Source of the DNA: Haliotis cracherodii
Taxonomy: Eukaryota
NCBI RefSeq assembly: GCF_022045235.1
Contig: NW_027266286.1
Span: 67,022,001-67,086,000, forward strand
Length of the DNA stretch: 64,000 bases
Direction: 5' to 3'
This document shows positions 62,114 to 64,000 of this stretch, piece by piece (position 1 is the stretch's first letter; each line of letters begins with the position of its first letter). The translations under genes were made by a program, and so were the position numbers. The notes beneath the pieces were generated by a model. The model was given only the letters and a program-made list of their open reading frames with translations, was not told where the DNA came from and made no database searches.

Positions 62114-64000
62114 CTTCTTTCAGTGGCATTTAGAAGTTGGAGTGATGAAGTAAAACGAGTTCTATGATGTAATAAAGAAGTTGTTCATCCATAGAACTCG
62201 TCTTACTTGTTTTGAGTTATATATTTCAAAGTTGGAAGAGAACATTGAAAACACTTAACTAAAACAAGAAATGTATTTTGGACGATGGAAACAATAAAAA
62301 GCTTCTTTTTTTTCTCTCTCATTTTGGATGAAGATGAGGCAGAGCAGTTTCCTAGGTAACATAAACTGTTGGCTTATTGACATCGGAAAGCTAGTTCTTG
62401 TTATGGATGAAACGAAGACAAGGGAAGACATTCCCCTGCTGGCAGCCTGAAGACGTCACCGTTTTATTAGGATGAAATATATTTAATATCTGCCATTACC
62501 ACAAAATCACACAAGCAAAATGTAATTATTGCAGCATTTCAGAGCTGCAGTTACTGGCATCCTGTTAGGATTTTTGTTCCAATTCTTTTGTTTGGGAAAA
62601 TACTGAGAAAAAGAAATTTTGCCTCAGGTTTTATAAAACAAATAATTGTTTGCAGAATATCCTGAAAAATTGCATATTGAAATCTGTTCAGCTCTCCCTA
62701 CTCTAGAAAGAAATTGTTTTGAAGTTAACAAGAATTATCCTGATGTGAACAACGTTGAAAAAGTCCCATCTCCAGAATTTTAGATGGTAAGCTTAGAAAG
62801 TAGCATGAACTTCCCTGGCTGATATAAGCACTGGTTGCTTACTCTCCTGATATGTTGCAATGAAGGACCTGTAAACAATCACTAAAATGAAGGGTTCATG
62901 GAGTTAAACCTTTTTTACCAACTTCATTGGGAGGCTATTTTCTCAGGTTGTTTGAGCCTATCATAAAATCTCCATTAAGAAAATCATTTCTTGGGGAAGT
63001 GGGCAATTCTGACAAACAAATATTTTGTTTTTCCCTCCCAAATTGTTTTTAGTTTTACAAATTATTCATGAGCAATTTCATTTCTTTGACTTGCAAAATA
63101 ATGATTAATAAATGAACCAAATTCCAGAATAACTCAACACAATGATTCACGGCATGCCAAACATTGTCCAGAACTTGATCTTGTAATCACGGCTGGATAT
63201 GACGGTGGGGGGGACATATCGGCATTATTGAGTTGGTGTGGTGATGAAAGCCTCTAAGAATGTTCACTTGAATGTGTTTTAAGTAGTCAGTCCCTGTTAT
63301 GTCTGAGCAAGACAGGTATCCGTACACGAACACGTCACTATTCCGCAATCCTGAGCACCTGATGGGTTTACCAGTTATCAACGCAAATTAGCTTTGCTAT
63401 TGAACAATGCTAATCTGCCTGCCATTCGTGGAAATGTTTTAAACAAATAGCCCAGCAAGCAATGATTTGTCGTCTCAATGTATTAGACGGGTACGTTTCT
63501 GTCCGCGCACACACTTCAGGCTTGTTGTAATTACTGATCAAACAAACCTCGTAAAACCTCCATTTCAGATACCATTAATCATCAATCTTAATGCAGGAAT
63601 GTTTTTTTATGGTAATTTTTGTCAATGAACGTATGTGAATATAGACGCATGTATGGTATTTTGAAACCGGGTTAAGTGCGCTGGTAGAGTGTAACTTGGT
63701 TTTATTACTGCCCACATTCGCAGAACAGTGGTAAGGGTGAAGTGGGGAGTCTGACAGAGAACACTTGTTATTTCTAGACAGGATACCTGTGTTTAGCCCA
63801 TGTCAGCTGGGCTTTGTCAAGGTATAAACACAGGGGCTCAGCCCAAGGGAGATAACTCCACACCTGCCAATATCCCTGTTAATAGGTGTGATTTATGTGA
63901 AGGCAGACCAAGGGGCGGAGCTTGGAAAATGACGACCTGTCAATCATTCAGCTTACAGCTACACTGATAAGTCGAGGGAGGGAAGAGCATATGGTCATAC

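Larger units (their letters stand above)
143..64000 (+). other. Giant intron of TMEM135; next exon (expected ~VLLFCITAAMYMFFFR-like) not found in the window
   Basis: GT donor at 143. No downstream AG-exon-GT resembling the next TMEM135 exon was found by eye. The gap at 51811-52006 could hide it. Confidence 0.65.

Overview
Animal genomic DNA, AT-rich and CpG-poor. The SINE families resemble molluscan ones, probably a vetigastropod such as abalone (recalled, not searched). Only one coding exon is recognisable: 77-142 (+), 66 nt, ALETAYRMAKFRGLIKPVVHGE, matching the 22-aa TMEM135 segment [22 protein letters not shown]. The rest appears to be one giant TMEM135 intron of at least ~52 kb, and more than 63 kb if nothing lies in the 196-N gap. 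It holds about 40 SINE-type insertions from five families, many with clear target-site duplications (TSDs). Family A has a tRNA-Asp-like head, family B a non-tRNA structured head and family C an elongated tRNA-Leu-like head; there is also one CORE-SINE and one Meta-SINE. Also present are a decayed CR1/L2-group LINE with nested SINEs, a mariner transposase relic, hAT/Tc1/pogo/Harbinger/Kolobok-like MITEs, and nine minisatellites that explain the long ORFs in the track. Best leads: (1) family B, with a precise 5' end, no Pol III boxes and a pseudoknot-plus-hairpin head (ribozyme-like candidate); (2) an over-represented GTTAYCTCCC motif with a variant inside the family C head; (3) minisatellites carrying sense-strand splice-donor arrays; (4) a candidate spliced antisense gene at 41.5-43.7 kb. 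Coordinates were read by eye; boundaries of degraded repeats are approximate.
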